Counted from the first letter of the stretch, positions 39,260 to 53,627 are shown. The stretch is DNA of 64,000 nucleotides from Spizellomyces punctatus DAOM BR117 (GCA_000182565.2 KQ257461.1); one strand, 5' to 3'. Notes: generated by a model from the letters alone, not told the origin. Numbers and translations are program-made.

Positions 39260-40029
39260 GGTAAAAACCTGAATGGAATGAAAGGATGAGCTGCGGGTGC
39301 CAATACGATAACGTTGGGATCAAAAGCAGAATGTTTTTTGAGGGGAATAGTCACTTTGTCAGCATTACCAAAAATGGCTTAATTACTACGCTAAGCCACG
39401 CTTTCCTCATCCAAGGGATTTAACATATCGAAAACGAAGCCGGAGGATGGCAGATTCAAGGGACTGAGGAATGGCGTAACCCTGGACGAACCCTTCGTTA
39501 GTGCCGCAAAATGCTTTACACTACTATCGGCCCCGTAGTAAGACTTCTGGCTGGATCCATGTGGTCAATGTTTTGATCTGGCCCTCCCACTAGGCATTGG
39601 ACATCACACCCGAGCTGTGTGTTAGGAGTGTGTTGCCGTTAGAGCGAGACTTGACTGGGGAACGAAGGAGAGCAAATCCACTACAAGTAATCGACTAACT
39701 CTGAGGCCAAAGGGCCAAACGATAAGGTGAATGCCATTGCAGCTTAAGGTTTATGCCAACATCTTCCGTATTGTTGGTCTTGTTAGGGGCGGTGGCTGGT
39801 ATGTTCATTGGAGCACCACAATTATGTCCATTTTGGGATAAATGAGCAAATTTAACCCAATCGAGATGGAGTCAAATGCCGATGGCAAAGGGCTCCTCGA
39901 TATTGCTCTGCATCCACCGATCTCGCTTGCTGCTGAGCGACAGAGAAGATACATCTACTTTACCTTGACGTGAAACCCATGCCCACCCTGGTGTGACGTT
40001 GTGGGCAGCTCTACTGTTGTGTCGCCGCC

Positions 40030-43000
40030 ATGAGCTCTGATCCATTTGGATTTGCCGCTGGAGCGGATACTCCCTCGCGTCGGGGGCCGCGCAAGCTGAA
40101 CTTTACCCAACGCCTTGTCCCCATCGCCGGCAGCAAGCAGGTCTCCACCTCAGAGTTGGTGAACAGGCTAAAGGTTAGTAAAATATTCAAGACGAACAAT
40201 GGACCGTGCAACAGTTCAGAGGAACTGGGGCGAGAATTGGTCTCTACCGAGACTCCGTTGCATCGTACAAGCTGTTCAACTATGATTGGTTGGCGACGAC
40301 AAACCAAGAGAGTGCTGATATATCTGACATCCGTTGTATTCATAATCATTTTGTAGAAAGTGCACAATGATTTGAGTCGGATGGACCAAGAGGATGTCGA
40401 CACGCAATCATTGAAGACTGTGCAAAAGGACTTAATATCCCCGTCTTTGATGTCCCATAAAGACAAAGCAGTGAAGATCTTGACAGCCTGTTGTCTGGCG
40501 GACATCTTACGGCTATTTGCACCAGATGCGCCCTATAACCAAAATCAACTGCGGGTAGGGATGTTATTGCGTGCGTTAAATCGGCGAATATGACCGCTCA
40601 ATCTACCTTCATTGAACCGATTTGGTAGGAAATCTTCGAATTCTTTGCAAAGCAGCTTCAGCACATTGCCGATAAGAATGGTCCCTATTTTTCGTTCTAT
40701 TACTATTTATTGGACAGCCTGTCCACAGTGAAAAGTGTTGTTCTTGTGGCCGATTTAAATGCCGAGGACCTTATTGTGGACTTCTTCCGTAATTTTTTTG
40801 ACCTAATCAAGTAAGGATCTTACTCCGAAACAATGCTGCCTGCAAAATGTTGAGAGCTAATCCGTGTCCAGACCTGATTTTACCAAAAATGTGTATATTT
40901 GCATGGTCGATATCTTACAGCAGCTTGTCGACGAATGCCATCATCTACCGCAGGATGTGATAGATATCATTCTGTCGTCTTTTCGACAAAAGAGGCAGGT
41001 AGAACGTCCTGCTGCCTTCAAGATGGCCGCGGATCTCTGCAACGCCTGTCCAGATAAGCTACAGCGTTATGTTTGCCAAGTAATAGGAGTAACTTCTGTG
41101 GTCACGTCCATATATCTGCTCTAACCAGAAGGTGTAGTACTTTAGCGATGCAATTGTGGCTGCAGGAAGGGGATTTGAGGATGAGAGCGATGAGAAAGAG
41201 TTCGAGGATGCACACAAGGTGATCTTGGAGATAAACCGCGCTTCACCAGCAGTATTGCTTAGCGTGATACCACAACTGGATGAGGAATTAAAGGTGAGCC
41301 TGAATTATACGTAGTGGTGGTACCCTTACTTACCTGTATCCCTCACGCCAGGTTGACGATGTACACGTTCGTACGTTGGCAACAAACGTGTTGGGACAAA
41401 TGTTTTCCGAGCCCGGATCGAAGCTTGCCGCGAAATATCCTCATGTCTGGAAATCCTGGTTGGGACGGTAGGCGAAAAAATGCAAAAGAGTAGATGCGCT
41501 ACGTGTGAATAAAGGAAATCCTCTTACAGACGCCTTGACAAGCAAGTATCTGTGCGCATCATCTGGCTCGAGTACTGTTTTCCTTTGTTCAAAAGCCATC
41601 CCGAATTGTCGGCGGATGTTGACGGTGTGTAAAAAAAAGCACCGGGGCTTCACGTGAGAGGATGCTAATCATGGTTAAATGGGTAGCGAGTCTCAGAGAA
41701 AAGATGATAGATCCGGACGAGAAAGTACGAGCCGCCGCTGTGAAAGTTCTTACGCAGTTGGACATGATGTCTGCGCACAATGTGAGCAAAGATACACTGT
41801 TGGCTGCTGGAGCTCGTCTGCGCGATAAAAAGGTATCATATCTGATGGCGCTGGGACTGTAAATTGGTTCTAACGGCACTACTGCACGAAACCTCTGCAG
41901 TCCACTGTGCGGGAAGCTGCGACAGAAGCGCTATCTCGTGTTTTCAATATGAAGTACGCGGAAATGTAAGTAGATTTCGGCACTATGGCATTAAATTCGG
42001 CACCATCACTTTTTTCCAATGCTTACTTCAACGGAGACAGAATGGATCCAAGCATTGGGGAAGTTGGGGCGGCTGATAAGTACGGATGGATACCCGGGAG
42101 TGTCCTTGAAATCCTTTATATGGACGATCCGGAGACGAAGTAATCATTTCAATTTTGGTGTGATATCTTGATGTGGCATTGACTTTTTTCTTGCTTAGGG
42201 TGTTCGTTGAAAAAGCTCTGCACGATCATATATTTCCTGCAATACCCGAGGACTCTGCTCGCACGGAGCGACTTTTGAACGTGACAACAGCTTGGACAGA
42301 GAAACAGAGGAAGGCTTTTTTGAGCGTTCTCGACCGTCAGGCTAAGTAGGGATTCGTCGAGTCATCTCTCCCAGCCACGGGTCAATACTCAGATTGTGCT
42401 ATTCCAGAACTGTTCATGCGACAACAATATTTTTGGATCAATGCGAAAAGTATAACGTGAGTGGTTCCTAATTGAAGTTTGTCCGGACCGTTGGTGACAT
42501 ATTATTTCAGGGAGGAATCATGGACTCTGACGAAGACGCGACGGAAAAGGTTTTACTTCAGATTATCACGTATTTGGCATGTGAGTATTGAAGGATATTA
42601 ATATAGCGCATGAAATGATGGGCTTTCTTACATATTATTATCATAGCTCGGTTTCCGGACCCGAAGAAGGCGCAGGCGCATTTGCAGAAATTTGCTAAAG
42701 TCAACGATGGTCGCCTGTACAAGCTCATGCGCACCGTCATGGACCCACAGAGCGATTACAAGCCTATAATGAAAGCCATTGTAAGACTTCGAAAAGCATT
42801 TGGTGCCCATGGATACTGGCTAATAAGATAACTATAGAAAGAGATTGTCAAACGCGTAGAACAACAAGCGGGGGTCATGGAGACGTTGTCCATTTTGTTA
42901 CGAAGAATATGTCTCACACTCGTACCGAAAAGCTCAATACCCTATTTGCTGGAGAAAACCCAAGCAGCTCGGTCCAGCCAGGACGCCTTGGTTCAACGTC

Positions 43001-46000
43001 ATGGACAGACGGCGGAACGACTGTTAAAGGTTTGGGAAGATATATGGTCTATGCTAGTCCACCCAAAGTGTTCATGCCTTTCCTCGCAGGATATATCGAC
43101 GGTTTTCCCGGCGTTGTACAGAAGTAATTTGGAAAACTTCACTCAACTGCTGCGAAGTCCGGATGAAGCTCTTGGTAATGCGACTTGCGTATCTCAGATC
43201 TGAAGTGGATTCTGACAATGTACCGCAGTTGCCGACTCCTTAGAAGCTTTGGCGAGATTTACCAAAACATTTCCCGACGAAGCTCCGCAGGACAGGTAGT
43301 ATCGTATGGCGGTTACGCGGGATGAACAATTTTAATGAGCTTTTTGCAGGCAATCGAAGGAGCGATTGATCAAATTTGCACTGAAAGGATCACCACAGCA
43401 GGCGAAGAATGCAATAGTTGTCCTGGCACACACACGAAATCCGACAGAAGCCTGCAATGAAGTGTTGCAGGTGGGCTGAGCACATGATATGATGATTGTT
43501 TTCGGATTCGGGTTGCTTAATTTTGTCCATTAGGAAATATTGGGCTCTCTGTCCTTTGACAATGAGAAACTCCTTTCTCATCTGCAAGCCCTAGCGCAAA
43601 TCGCTCGCAACGCCTCAACACTCTTTGAACCGCACAATACTGCGATCACGAACTTTATCGTAAAGGACCTATTACTTGTCAACCGCAGAAAGGTGCGATT
43701 CACTTGTTAAAGGTGTTTGTAGCCCGGTTTTTGAAGACCTTTATGTACAGGCTGTCGAAAACGATGTTGATTGGGTCGAGTACGAGAGTCTCGAGCGAGA
43801 AGGCCAATTAAAGGTACAAGGCTTGTGCGTTTTTACCTGGTCGCCCTCTGACTTTAAGTCTTGTAGATTATGGGTATCAAAATATTGGTTAAACGCTTAA
43901 TCGCACTCGCGAACAACGAAGACGCAGACGTGGCTGCCCCTGTTCTCAAATTACTACGACGCCTTCTCGAATATGATGGTGAACTTGTTGCGGAAAAAAC
44001 TACTCCGTACGTGGACTTGGGACATACACTTAAACGCTAATTACCGGCTTAACCCAAGTTTCAGTCCCGCGGTTCAGACTCATCTGCGATTGATTGCGGC
44101 TATTTCCCTGTTGAAGCTTGCTCGGTGTCCTACATATGCCTCGCAGATTGATGTTACGTATTTGCAGAAGCTTGCCCTTTGCATTCAGGTATTTGCTCTA
44201 GTTTCGATCATGAACTGGGGGCACTGTTAAAATTAAGATTGGTAACACAGGACCCCATATATCAAGTTCGAAACGCCTTTGTGGAAAAGTTGGTTATGTA
44301 CTTGTCAAACAAGACGGTGCCCTTCGACTACATGGTTATATTGATGTTGGCAGCACATGAGCCAGAGGCAGAGCTTAAATTAAAGGTTTCTATTGGTTTG
44401 CAAAGTTCTCTGTTTATCGGTGCTAAGTTTGGAATGATACAGGTCAAGAATTTCCTGTCGCGCAAGGCCAAACAGCAGAGAGCAGGTACGGACAGTGGCT
44501 AAAGCTGGTGAAAACTGACAAGATAGTCTAACGAAGCATATACAGAGGAAAACCCGCAGGCATCGCTGCTCGAGCACACAATTGTGCGGTTTCTGCATGT
44601 TCTTGCCCATCATCCTGACTTTAACATCGAGGTCGAGGATCTTCAGATGTTTGCAGTGTACGTTAGTTGCGGTTTTTGGATAGACCATTTGCAGTTTCAG
44701 ATATGATCCCTTACTCCATCTTCTTTAGATACATCGAGTTCTTCCTGGACTCTGTCGCCACATCTGACAATGCGTCGTTTCTCTACTATATGACTGCAAA
44801 GGTAAAGACGGTGCGGGATATACATGCACAGAGTTCAGAGGTATGCTTATTGGATGTGTCTGTAAATCGTGCATGGGCTAATGGCAAATTTCGACAGAAT
44901 TTATACGCGTTGAGCGATTTGGCACAACTTATCATTCAAGAGAGGGCGAATCACGCTGGATGGAGTTTACCTTCTTACCCCGGAAATGTGCACCTTCCAA
45001 AAGACCTATTCGTAAAAATGTCGTCACAGAATGCCGTTGAGGTGAGAAAAGTGTGAACCTTGCTCCCCTCCGGCCGCTCAAGTAATCCGCGCTTTTGACA
45101 GAATACACGCAAAAGTTACCTTCCTCAGGAGTTTATTGACATGCGGGCCATGTCCAGCGTCCTAGGTCATGGGCAGAAGTCTAGGGTACGTGTGTGCACG
45201 GTTGCTATACGAGCTTTACCATGGTTCCAATTCTACGAATACTGTAGGCAAGTCGGAAGGTTGAGGCAACCGGTCGACCAGCCCGATCTCGCTCAATGAC
45301 ACCGGACAGTGACGACAACGGCTCCGTGACAGGTACGAAACGGAAGGCGTCAAGACGAGCGCAAACACCGTCGTCTGCCAAGAAGCGACGACAAAGTGAT
45401 GAGCTTCCTGAAGAGACGCCACAGCGAAAGTACGTTCGCTAATCCGTTGAACGGTGTTGAATCATACTTATATTTATAATAGAAATGCACCACGGTCTGC
45501 AAAATCGCGCACGAAAAGCTTCAAAGAGGTTAGTGACGAGGAGGAAGAAATGGAGGAGATACCGGAGGAGGAAAGAAGTGAAAGCGAGGAGTCGGAAATC
45601 GAGGACGACGACGCGGACATCATGGAATCCTCCGAAAAGCCCGTGCAACATATTCAAGCATCTGTCAAATCTGTCGCTATGACCCCAGTGACGTACGTGT
45701 TATCACCGCTCTTCTGGCGGAACGCATACTCATGGAGTTCTTTGACAGAAGTAGACGAAGAGCTAGAAAAGTTCTTGCGGATTCCAAGCAAATGGATACC
45801 TCAGAAAAAGAGAACGAGAGCGATGGGGAGAATTTGAGCCGCCGGACCAGAGGGTGAGCTTTGCTTCGTGTGCTCGACTTGAGAACAACAGCTAAAGCAT
45901 GCCTGATTAGACGAGGTCGAGGAACCGCAAGTTCTACAACGCAGCCGAGAGCAGTAAGTGACCGTGTCGGATAGATTAGTCATATATAAGTTTGCCAACT

Positions 46001-46748
46001 CTTTTGGTGCGTCCAGACGTCGACGTCTTCCCACCCCGTGTCAAAACAAGTTGTCGATGATGAACTTTCCGAAGAAGAGGTTGTAGAAGAGCAAATTCTA
46101 CCCACAAGAGCAAAACGAACAAGAGCCAAGCCCAAAATGGATACAACACCGGTTGTGGAGGCGGAATCTGATACAGCTCCTGAAGATGAGGTCGAACCTG
46201 TGAATTCACGAGGAATCCGCCAAAGGAGGGCTGCGGCGATCAAGGTGGGTGCATTTTACTGTTTTTGGTTCAATCGTGAATGACGGATGTTAATCTGTCG
46301 AAATATTGGTTCCAATAAGAAATCCAAAAATGACGCGACTGTCGAAGGAACACGGCGTTCAAAGGTATGGATTACCCGTAAGATTGAGGCGACAGTATTC
46401 ATTGCCAATACTCTACATGCAGCGGGCAGCAAAGACAGATAGCGGTATCGTCGCGAGCGATGAGATTGTGAGTCCTGTGCGGGTGTCGGATGAGGACCAG
46501 GACGGGACAAAGGGGGCCAAGCATGAAGTGGTGAGCTGGCATTTTGGCAATTGCTACTTGTAATCCGCCTTTACTGAATGTTGAGTTTTAGAGAAATACG
46601 CGACGAAAGAAGGCGCTTTCGGCGGTTCACAATGAAGGGGATGACGAGGAGCCAGTGGTACGCATTCAATGACTTGCATGTCGTCGTGTTTGCGTCGACT
46701 TTAACGTGCCTGCAGATCCGTAGACCGACACGAAGGATTCATATCTAA
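40030..46748 (+). CDS. PDS5: Sister chromatid cohesion protein PDS5 (very many short introns)
   Basis: HKDKAVKILTACCLADILRLFAPDAPY, LLSVIPQL.EELK, DPDEKVRAAAV, RLRDKK, YGWIP, HLRLIAAISLLKLA, QDPIYQVRNAF, LAHHPDF, NLYALSDLA; acidic/basic disordered tail. Confidence 0.95.
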
Positions 46749-46972
46749 GGAGAGGCAAGAAGGATAGCTGTGACAGTGTGAACAACATGTGATACTGGTT
46801 TAGGCGCCAATATATAGGTTTTTTTTTTTTTTTTGAAGAGATTCTGTAGCCATTTTATGTGGAGGGCAAGTACGGACTAGTTGAGAATGACAGGTGTTTT
46901 GATACACAGATTTCAAAAAGAATGTGACTAAATTCTACACGTTACGGTGCACCATGTTAAGATTGATTATCT

Positions 46973-47922
46973 TCAGATATGTCCGTTGGCTATGAGGTCG
47001 TCTATTGTAGAGAGGAATCTGTGGCATGGGAATCCTGTCAAAACAGCAAATGAGTCTGTGCGTCACCTCCATTCCAAAGGCGTAGATTCTTGCACTCACC
47101 CACGACATTATAGTAACATCCGTTGATCCGCGGAATGAAGGCAGACGCTAGGCCCTGATATCCGTATGCACCAGCCTGTATGAATATTTATACTTTGATG
47201 AGCATCAAGGAGGATGCATAACGAACCCGCTATGAGTGCACCTTATCCCTTTAACAACAAAAAGGTGATCAATCTGAGAGGCCGATCGGCCAAGAGACGA
47301 CACGTCCAACTCACATGGGTTCCCCCGTCTCCACATACGCATCAATAACCGCATCCCCAATCACTCCAAACTCGACTAAAGTCCTCTCTACAGCCGTTTT
47401 ATACAATGGCTGACCAGACGCTGATACACCAAACACGACGACAATGGCCGTCAAGACCTCATGTACCCGTCCCGATAAACTAGACAGAATCCTCTTTGCA
47501 TGGGCAGCATCCACCGGTTTTTCTAATATCTGGTCATCGAGGACGATAATAGTGTCTGCGCTAATGACCAGTGGGTTTGTATTTGTGAGGGATTGGTAGA
47601 CTTGGAGGCCTTTTTCGAGGGCGGTGCGAGTGACGTAGTTGTTTGGATTTGAGAATATGGTCTGTTTTTGTAGATTTGTGTTTGGGTATATTGAGTGGAG
47701 GAGAAAAGGAGGACAAGTTTTACCTTGTTCAAGTCTTCTGGGAATGTCGAGGGGTTGATGTTGAATTTTACGCCCTACGCGCAACAAAACACATGAACAT
47801 GTGTACATGTGATTCCTCACTACAATATGGCGTACCAGTCGCTCGAGTATTTCCTTTCGTCGGGGTGAACCTGAAGCAAGGATGACATTACGTGTGTTGA
47901 GTTGGGCAATGGCTGGGAGCAT
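46973..47922 (-). CDS. Maf-family nucleotide pyrophosphatase (YhdE/ASMTL-like), multi-exon
   Basis: [61 protein letters not shown]. Confidence 0.93.
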
Positions 47923-48689
47923 CGTTTCGCTGTGGACAGAGCAAAAGGAAAGTCGGACCTTTGCCCACTTGACTAATGTCGATTAACCCATAAATGGATA
48001 AATGACGAAAATAAGATTTGGATTTCTTTAAACGTTGGATCCGATCCTAGTCATGTCACATGTGTGCCATGGGTTCTTTCATGGAAATATTATAAACTTT
48101 TGGTACATATGATGGTGCTACTTAATATTGAACCTTGCATAGCTTGCATGAATATGAGTTCATGCTGCCTGCAAATCCTTGCATAAAATCCAAGAATCTT
48201 GGAAAGGAACAGCAATGAAACAAAGCTGACCATTCTTGTTTTCGGCAAACGTTTTGATCTCACATTACATAATCAAAACCTTAAATCGGTGCAGTCGCCT
48301 CATTGGCTGTCCTCGCCGACATCGGGGGTTCGGAGGTGACAAAAAGTACAGATCGGCATGTAAACTTAAGATCCAACCTCTTGAACCGTGAAACTCGCTC
48401 CGATGAAGGCGGATGAAAAGCGTTAGGGGAACTGGCCTCGGGTGCATTCACCATAGCCAAGTCTCTACTTGTAGTACGAATGTGAAAAGATTCGGAAGAC
48501 CATCAATGCCATTGTAGATTTTTTTTTAAATAGCATGCATTGTCTTGACTCGTCCATCTAGCTCGGGGGTTGTTCTGACACGATCAACGTGCAAAAAAAA
48601 AAGGAGATGGTCTCAAATATAAAAGGACCTGCACTGAATGGGTGCGCTTGCACAAGGTCCACAGTTCTCTCTCTTGACAAGAAACAAAA

Positions 48690-50678
48690 TGTTCAAAGGC
48701 TCTCCATCTGCAACCCGCCGCGAACTTGGCCTGTTCTTTGCAGGACTCGTTGCGCTTTTTGGTGGCTTTGGCGTAGCAGTTTCTCTAATAAAGTATGATA
48801 CGGAGTGCCGTATCACCTATTGCATGGACAAACCCGTCGGAAACGATCGGCATTGGATGGTTCTTAATTCGGTTTATGGTGCGGTTGAGCGTTCGTTCCC
48901 ATTATGCAGTTCGCTTGCTTATACTCTGTTGTCGTCATCCTCCAGTATTTTACTCTTACATCCTGGCTGTCTGCATTGCAACGTTCATTATCCGTCAGTT
49001 CTCGAGCCTTGACTCTTTTTTCCGGCGCCGGCTGGCAATTCCCTTTGGCGTCCGCCGCGTTCATCTCCCATTCTCCATCGGCGAGGGACTCTTCCTATCC
49101 ACAGCCCTTGGTGTACTTTTGTGGAAATTCGCCTACTTTGAAATGTACTATTATCGCAGCGGTGTCAAGCCAAAGGGCAAAAACAGTTACATGTTTCAAT
49201 GGTTCAACCTGTTCAGCCATTCAACAGGAAACCCGCTCGACATGTTCATTGGGTTTGTTCTCATCCCAGTCTCACGCAACAGCCCTGTGGCAACGTTGTT
49301 GAAGGTTCCGTTTGATGGTGCCCTCCGGATTCATCGGTTCTTTGGGTACTGCATGTTCGGGTGGAGCGTTATGCACGCGGCATCCTTCTTTACAAAGATT
49401 GGCCTTTCGGTCCAAACCTACGCTGAGGCTCTGTTTGCTACGAGCGTTGCGAAGCCAGATATCCACAGGTAGGTTTCTGTTCACGTCTGCGGCTCATGTT
49501 GCAATGATCTTTGTCCTGACGTGTTGTTCCCGTCAACAGTTACAGAGACCTGATGGGTCTTTGCGCATTCGTATGCTTTGTCATTGGATCTTTATCATCT
49601 CTTCCCTTTATCCGGAGGCGCCACTTCAACACCTTTTACATTCTGCACGGGTTTATGTTGATCATGATCCTGTTTGCTTGTTTGCATGGGTCCACCAACT
49701 TTTATTTCGCTGTGCCCGGTATCATTCTCTGGATCGTGGACATTGCAATCCGTGCCACGGGGAGGTGGAACCCACAATTGTCCATCGACAAGGTTGTACG
49801 GGAGGAGCCAGGTTACCTTCGGTGAGTACTAGTTGGACGAGTTTTGTCGAAACAGCCCATCTAACGCCTCTTTCGGTAAAACCAGTCTCGAAATCCAAGC
49901 GACTCGACCATGCTCCTACACACCAGGTCAATACATCTTCCTCAACATACCTCGCATCTCGACACTAGAATACCACCCTTTCAGTCTCTGTGGCTCTCCA
50001 ACATCCAACCGTTTCACTATCCTTGTTGGGCCATCCGAAAAACCCAAAGAATGGACTGCCAAACTTTACGACGCGCTAACACAGCCCAAAGACATGGAAG
50101 CAGGGTCAATGATCCACACGTCTGTCCACATTGAAGGCCCGTTCGGACAGTGTGGGTTCGATGTCACTCAGGCTGACGTTGTAGCATGTTTTGTAACGGG
50201 GACGGGTGTGGCACCGGCATTTGGACTCGTGCAGTGCGTGGAAGCATTGAGACGCAGTGGGGAGGGTGGCCGCCTCAAAAAACTTTTAGTATTTTGGAGC
50301 ATCAGAGCCAACGGGGCACAACGAACAAGCGCTGTGAATCAGCTGTTGGCGTCCCCCCAATTGGCCGGTATACTCGAGTTTCACATCTTTAACACAACCG
50401 TACATGAAATCAATGTCACGACGACAAACGTATCATCGAAAACTCTGGAGGAAAAACTCGACGAGGGACTCGAGACTGAGAACGGATCTCTAACAGTCAC
50501 ACCTCACCGAATGTCCCCTCACACCATCTTCCAGTCTCAAATAATACCACACCTTGCACCGTCTTCCCGCCTAGGCGTCTTTTTGTGTGCCGCAGAGGGT
50601 CTTGCAAAAAATGTGCGGGATGAGGTGGCGGACTTGAAGCGAGATGTTTGGGTACATGAGGAGAGTTATCAATTTTGA
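48690..50678 (+). CDS. Ferric reductase / NOX-family transmembrane flavocytochrome
   Basis: SRNSP..HRFFG..MH and FYILH..LH heme ligands; PGQYIFL, HPFSL (FAD), EGPFG, TGTGVAP (NADPH), HEESY C-terminus; three short introns. Confidence 0.92.
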
Positions 50679-52172
50679 TTGCTCTGTAATGACAATGTTA
50701 ATAGGACAAGTGGGGGTTGGAAATTGGAATAAAGGTTTAGACGCTGGTTGATCCTCGTCTTTTGCCGTCAATAAAAACACAAGATTATCCAGAACCGCCT
50801 GGCAAAAAGTAGTTTGGACAAAAGCATGTCATCTCAGCAAGTGTCCTCTCACGTGCTGAGTCAACGCCACACGTGGCTGCAGAGTCCGTTTGCGCAGCAA
50901 GTCACAATGCCGTGTTTAATTCACATTAATTAATGTGTTTATCTTTTTCAATGAAGAGTCTACTCCATGTAAATGTTCATCTGGCTGCCTAGTGTTGTTG
51001 GCAGGCCGAAAGTAGCAAGTCCAGAAAGGAATCCCAAAGCACGAGATGATAGCATGACAGTTGGCATGTCCACTCCTCGACTGGAAAGGCATAGTCATCA
51101 GACGCAAAAGCACACACAGGTCTGCACAGAGTGCCCGTGTTGCCCAATTGGAGACTAGCGCTTTTTTGCCTCGCTGCTTTGCGCGAAAATAACAGTCAAA
51201 GGCATTGGTGCTCTTGCATTCTGTAGGGAGTTGGTCAGGCAGCACAGTTGGGTTTTTTGGCTTTGAAAAAAAAAAAAGCCGCTTTTTCAAAGGAAAAAAA
51301 AAAAGTAGACCGCTTTGCTCTTGAATGTGCACTCTGTGAACATGTCCATTGTTCCAAAGGCTAGATGCATTCTGTCTATGACGCTGGTTTCCTTTGACCT
51401 TTTCCAACCTTTACATACAAATGCTTCCATGCCAAATACCAATGTGTTAAAGGATATCCCTTGTAATGAACGTCATGATGAAATCAAACATTGTTTTGAG
51501 AAAAAAGAGGATCATTATCCTCAGCCAGATGACCCCAAAAGGTCACCCGCCCTTTACAAGTCCCATTTTCAAACTCCGCATAAATCTATTAATAGTGATG
51601 TGTTTTGTAATTGGTTTCAACCCATTTTTTGTCACAAATTTCCTTGTGCCTAAATTTGGAGAGATTTTCTTCAAGGGCAAAACTGCGCTTTTTTTTTTCT
51701 TGGATTTTCTTTCCTTCTGATTTTTTTTTTCTCAAGGACTTGTAGCAAGCAAGTAACACACACGACAAGTTTTGGTTTGTTGCAATCTCGCAACTCATCT
51801 CGCTTACACGCATCTCTACTCTCATCTCTCTCGTTCGCTGACACCCATTCTGTTACGCGCATTTCACGCATCTCGCGTTTTCTTGTTCTCTCGCGTCTCT
51901 ATTACTCACACCTATCCGTCTTTACGTCTCTCTCTCTCTCTCTCTCGTTCGTGGCGGAAACACTCACTTGGTTTCTCAACAACCACCCTTTTTCTCTCAA
52001 CTTTCAGGACAGGGAAACGAACAGCAACTAGGATAAGAGAGCGCGCTCGGCCCGGTCGTTTTTGCGCACAGGAACGCGTTCTTGGCACACTGGACACAAT
52101 CAACTTTTCGTCGTCGTGTGTGTTTTTCTAACAACTGACGCGCAGCCTTACGAACAGCAGAACCTCATTCAC

Positions 52173-53627
52173 ATGGCGCCAGCAATTCGCGCTGCCTCAT
52201 ATAGCGGGGTAAGAGTCTACGAAATACAATGTCGCGGCGTTCCTGTCATGCGTCGCGTTGCCGATGCCTATATCAACGCAACACAAATCCTCCGCGCAGC
52301 GGGTCTTCCTAAACCCCAGCGAACAAAGATTCTAGAGCGAGACGTCACTGGAGGCGTTCACGAAAAAGTTCAAGGAGGATATGCTGGTTTTCAAGGCACT
52401 TGGATACCCTTGGAAAGTGCGCGGACGTTGGCCGCTGCACATGGAGTTGAACAGGATCTTGTTGAGCTATTCGACTACAAACCTCAGCCTGGTGATGCCG
52501 AACCACCGGCAAAAGAAAAGAGAAAGAGACCTGCACCGCCAAAAGAGGAACCCAAAGAAAAGTGGAGTTCCTCCTCGTTTGTTTCATCTTCAGACGGTGA
52601 AGGTACGCGACCTTTTAGCACTTTTGTGAAGCAAGTGGACCGTGGCTTCAACTCTACCTTTGAATGGTCAGGCGGAGATGAGCAACAACGGGAGGGCTCC
52701 CTCGAGGATGATATCGAAACACCCGAAGCCCGACGCACAACAAGAATGGCTCTCCGGCCTCCGGGTACACGCCTCAAACGTCGACCCGTTTATCCTGGGG
52801 AAGACGAGGAAGAGGGAGCATACTTGTCGCCAAAGAAGCGTCGCACAGAAAGTCCTTTTTCGCATGCAGCTAGCCCAATGGGTCCTTCCACCGTGGATGT
52901 GACAAAGTCTGTGGCCGCATTCACGCAGCCCGTGCGTGCACCATCGTTTGTACGTGACAAGACGCCTCCCCATGCCGGAAAGCGATGTGAAGGTTGTGGT
53001 GTGACGTCTACGCCTCAATGGCGCCGTGGTCCGTCCGGAAAGCGCACTCTGTGCAATGCTTGCGGAGTAAAATGGAGTTTTGGTCGCTTGAACACCAAGG
53101 GAAAATCCCAGGATGATTACAACAGTGACGATTCTGACCTGATGGATAATGAGATGGATCTGGATATCGACGGACCGGATCTTGTTCCCGAATCCTCGCC
53201 CATGCGCCCAGTCCCTCTGGCAGAGAAAACGACACGCGACCTCGAGATGCAAGTCAAGCATTTGAAGCGGCAATTGCGCGAGTCTGAACGCAGTCGCAAA
53301 CGTCTCCGCAAGATCCTCGAAGAGGCCGTCACAGATGACAGCGAAATGGATCGAAACTTTCGACAGGTGGTAAACAAATGCACCATTAGAGCAGCTGTTT
53401 ACACCCCACCTGAATACGCTCCCACGGCCATTGATTACATGAGCGGCGATGACGACTCGTTTAGTGATGAGGATGAACACGAAGCACTGGTTGTCACACG
53501 CTTCCTGAGGGCGGTCAAACAGAACCGTGCCAGGATGGAGTACAATATCAGTCGCATGCACCTCAACAAGGACTGGGCTGTGAACGCACCAAATGAAGCA
53601 CGAGCGCCGGATGCGATTATGGTTTGA
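52173..53627 (+). CDS. Transcription factor with N-terminal KilA-N/APSES (Mbp1/Swi4-type) domain and a GATA zinc finger; intronless
   Basis: [77 protein letters not shown]; coiled-coil C-terminus; no ankyrin repeats. Confidence 0.92.
   Translation: MAPAIRAASYSGVRVYEIQCRGVPVMRRVADAYINATQILRAAGLPKPQRTKILERDVTGGVHEKVQGGYAGFQGTWIPLESARTLAAAHGVEQDLVELFDYKPQPGDAEPPAKEKRKRPAPPKEEPKEKWSSSSFVSSSDGEGTRPFSTFVKQVDRGFNSTFEWSGGDEQQREGSLEDDIETPEARRTTRMALRPPGTRLKRRPVYPGEDEEEGAYLSPKKRRTESPFSHAASPMGPSTVDVTKSVAAFTQPVRAPSFVRDKTPPHAGKRCEGCGVTSTPQWRRGPSGKRTLCNACGVKWSFGRLNTKGKSQDDYNSDDSDLMDNEMDLDIDGPDLVPESSPMRPVPLAEKTTRDLEMQVKHLKRQLRESERSRKRLRKILEEAVTDDSEMDRNFRQVVNKCTIRAAVYTPPEYAPTAIDYMSGDDDSFSDEDEHEALVVTRFLRAVKQNRARMEYNISRMHLNKDWAVNAPNEARAPDAIMV

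Noticed and set aside
39700-39725. CTGAGGCCAAAGGGCCAAAC resembling a hammerhead stem II
   Set aside because: It lacks the CUGANGA and GAAA core and the flanking stems I and III.
39300-40000. Possible small gene or telomerase-like RNA (TAACCCT at ~39477) between makorin and PDS5
   Set aside because: Only a 7-nt template-like match expected by chance, and no convincing ORF or structure.
48439-48448. Aft1-like TGCACCC site upstream of the ferric reductase
   Set aside because: A single short motif, and Aft1-type iron regulation is known from Saccharomycetaceae, not this inferred lineage.
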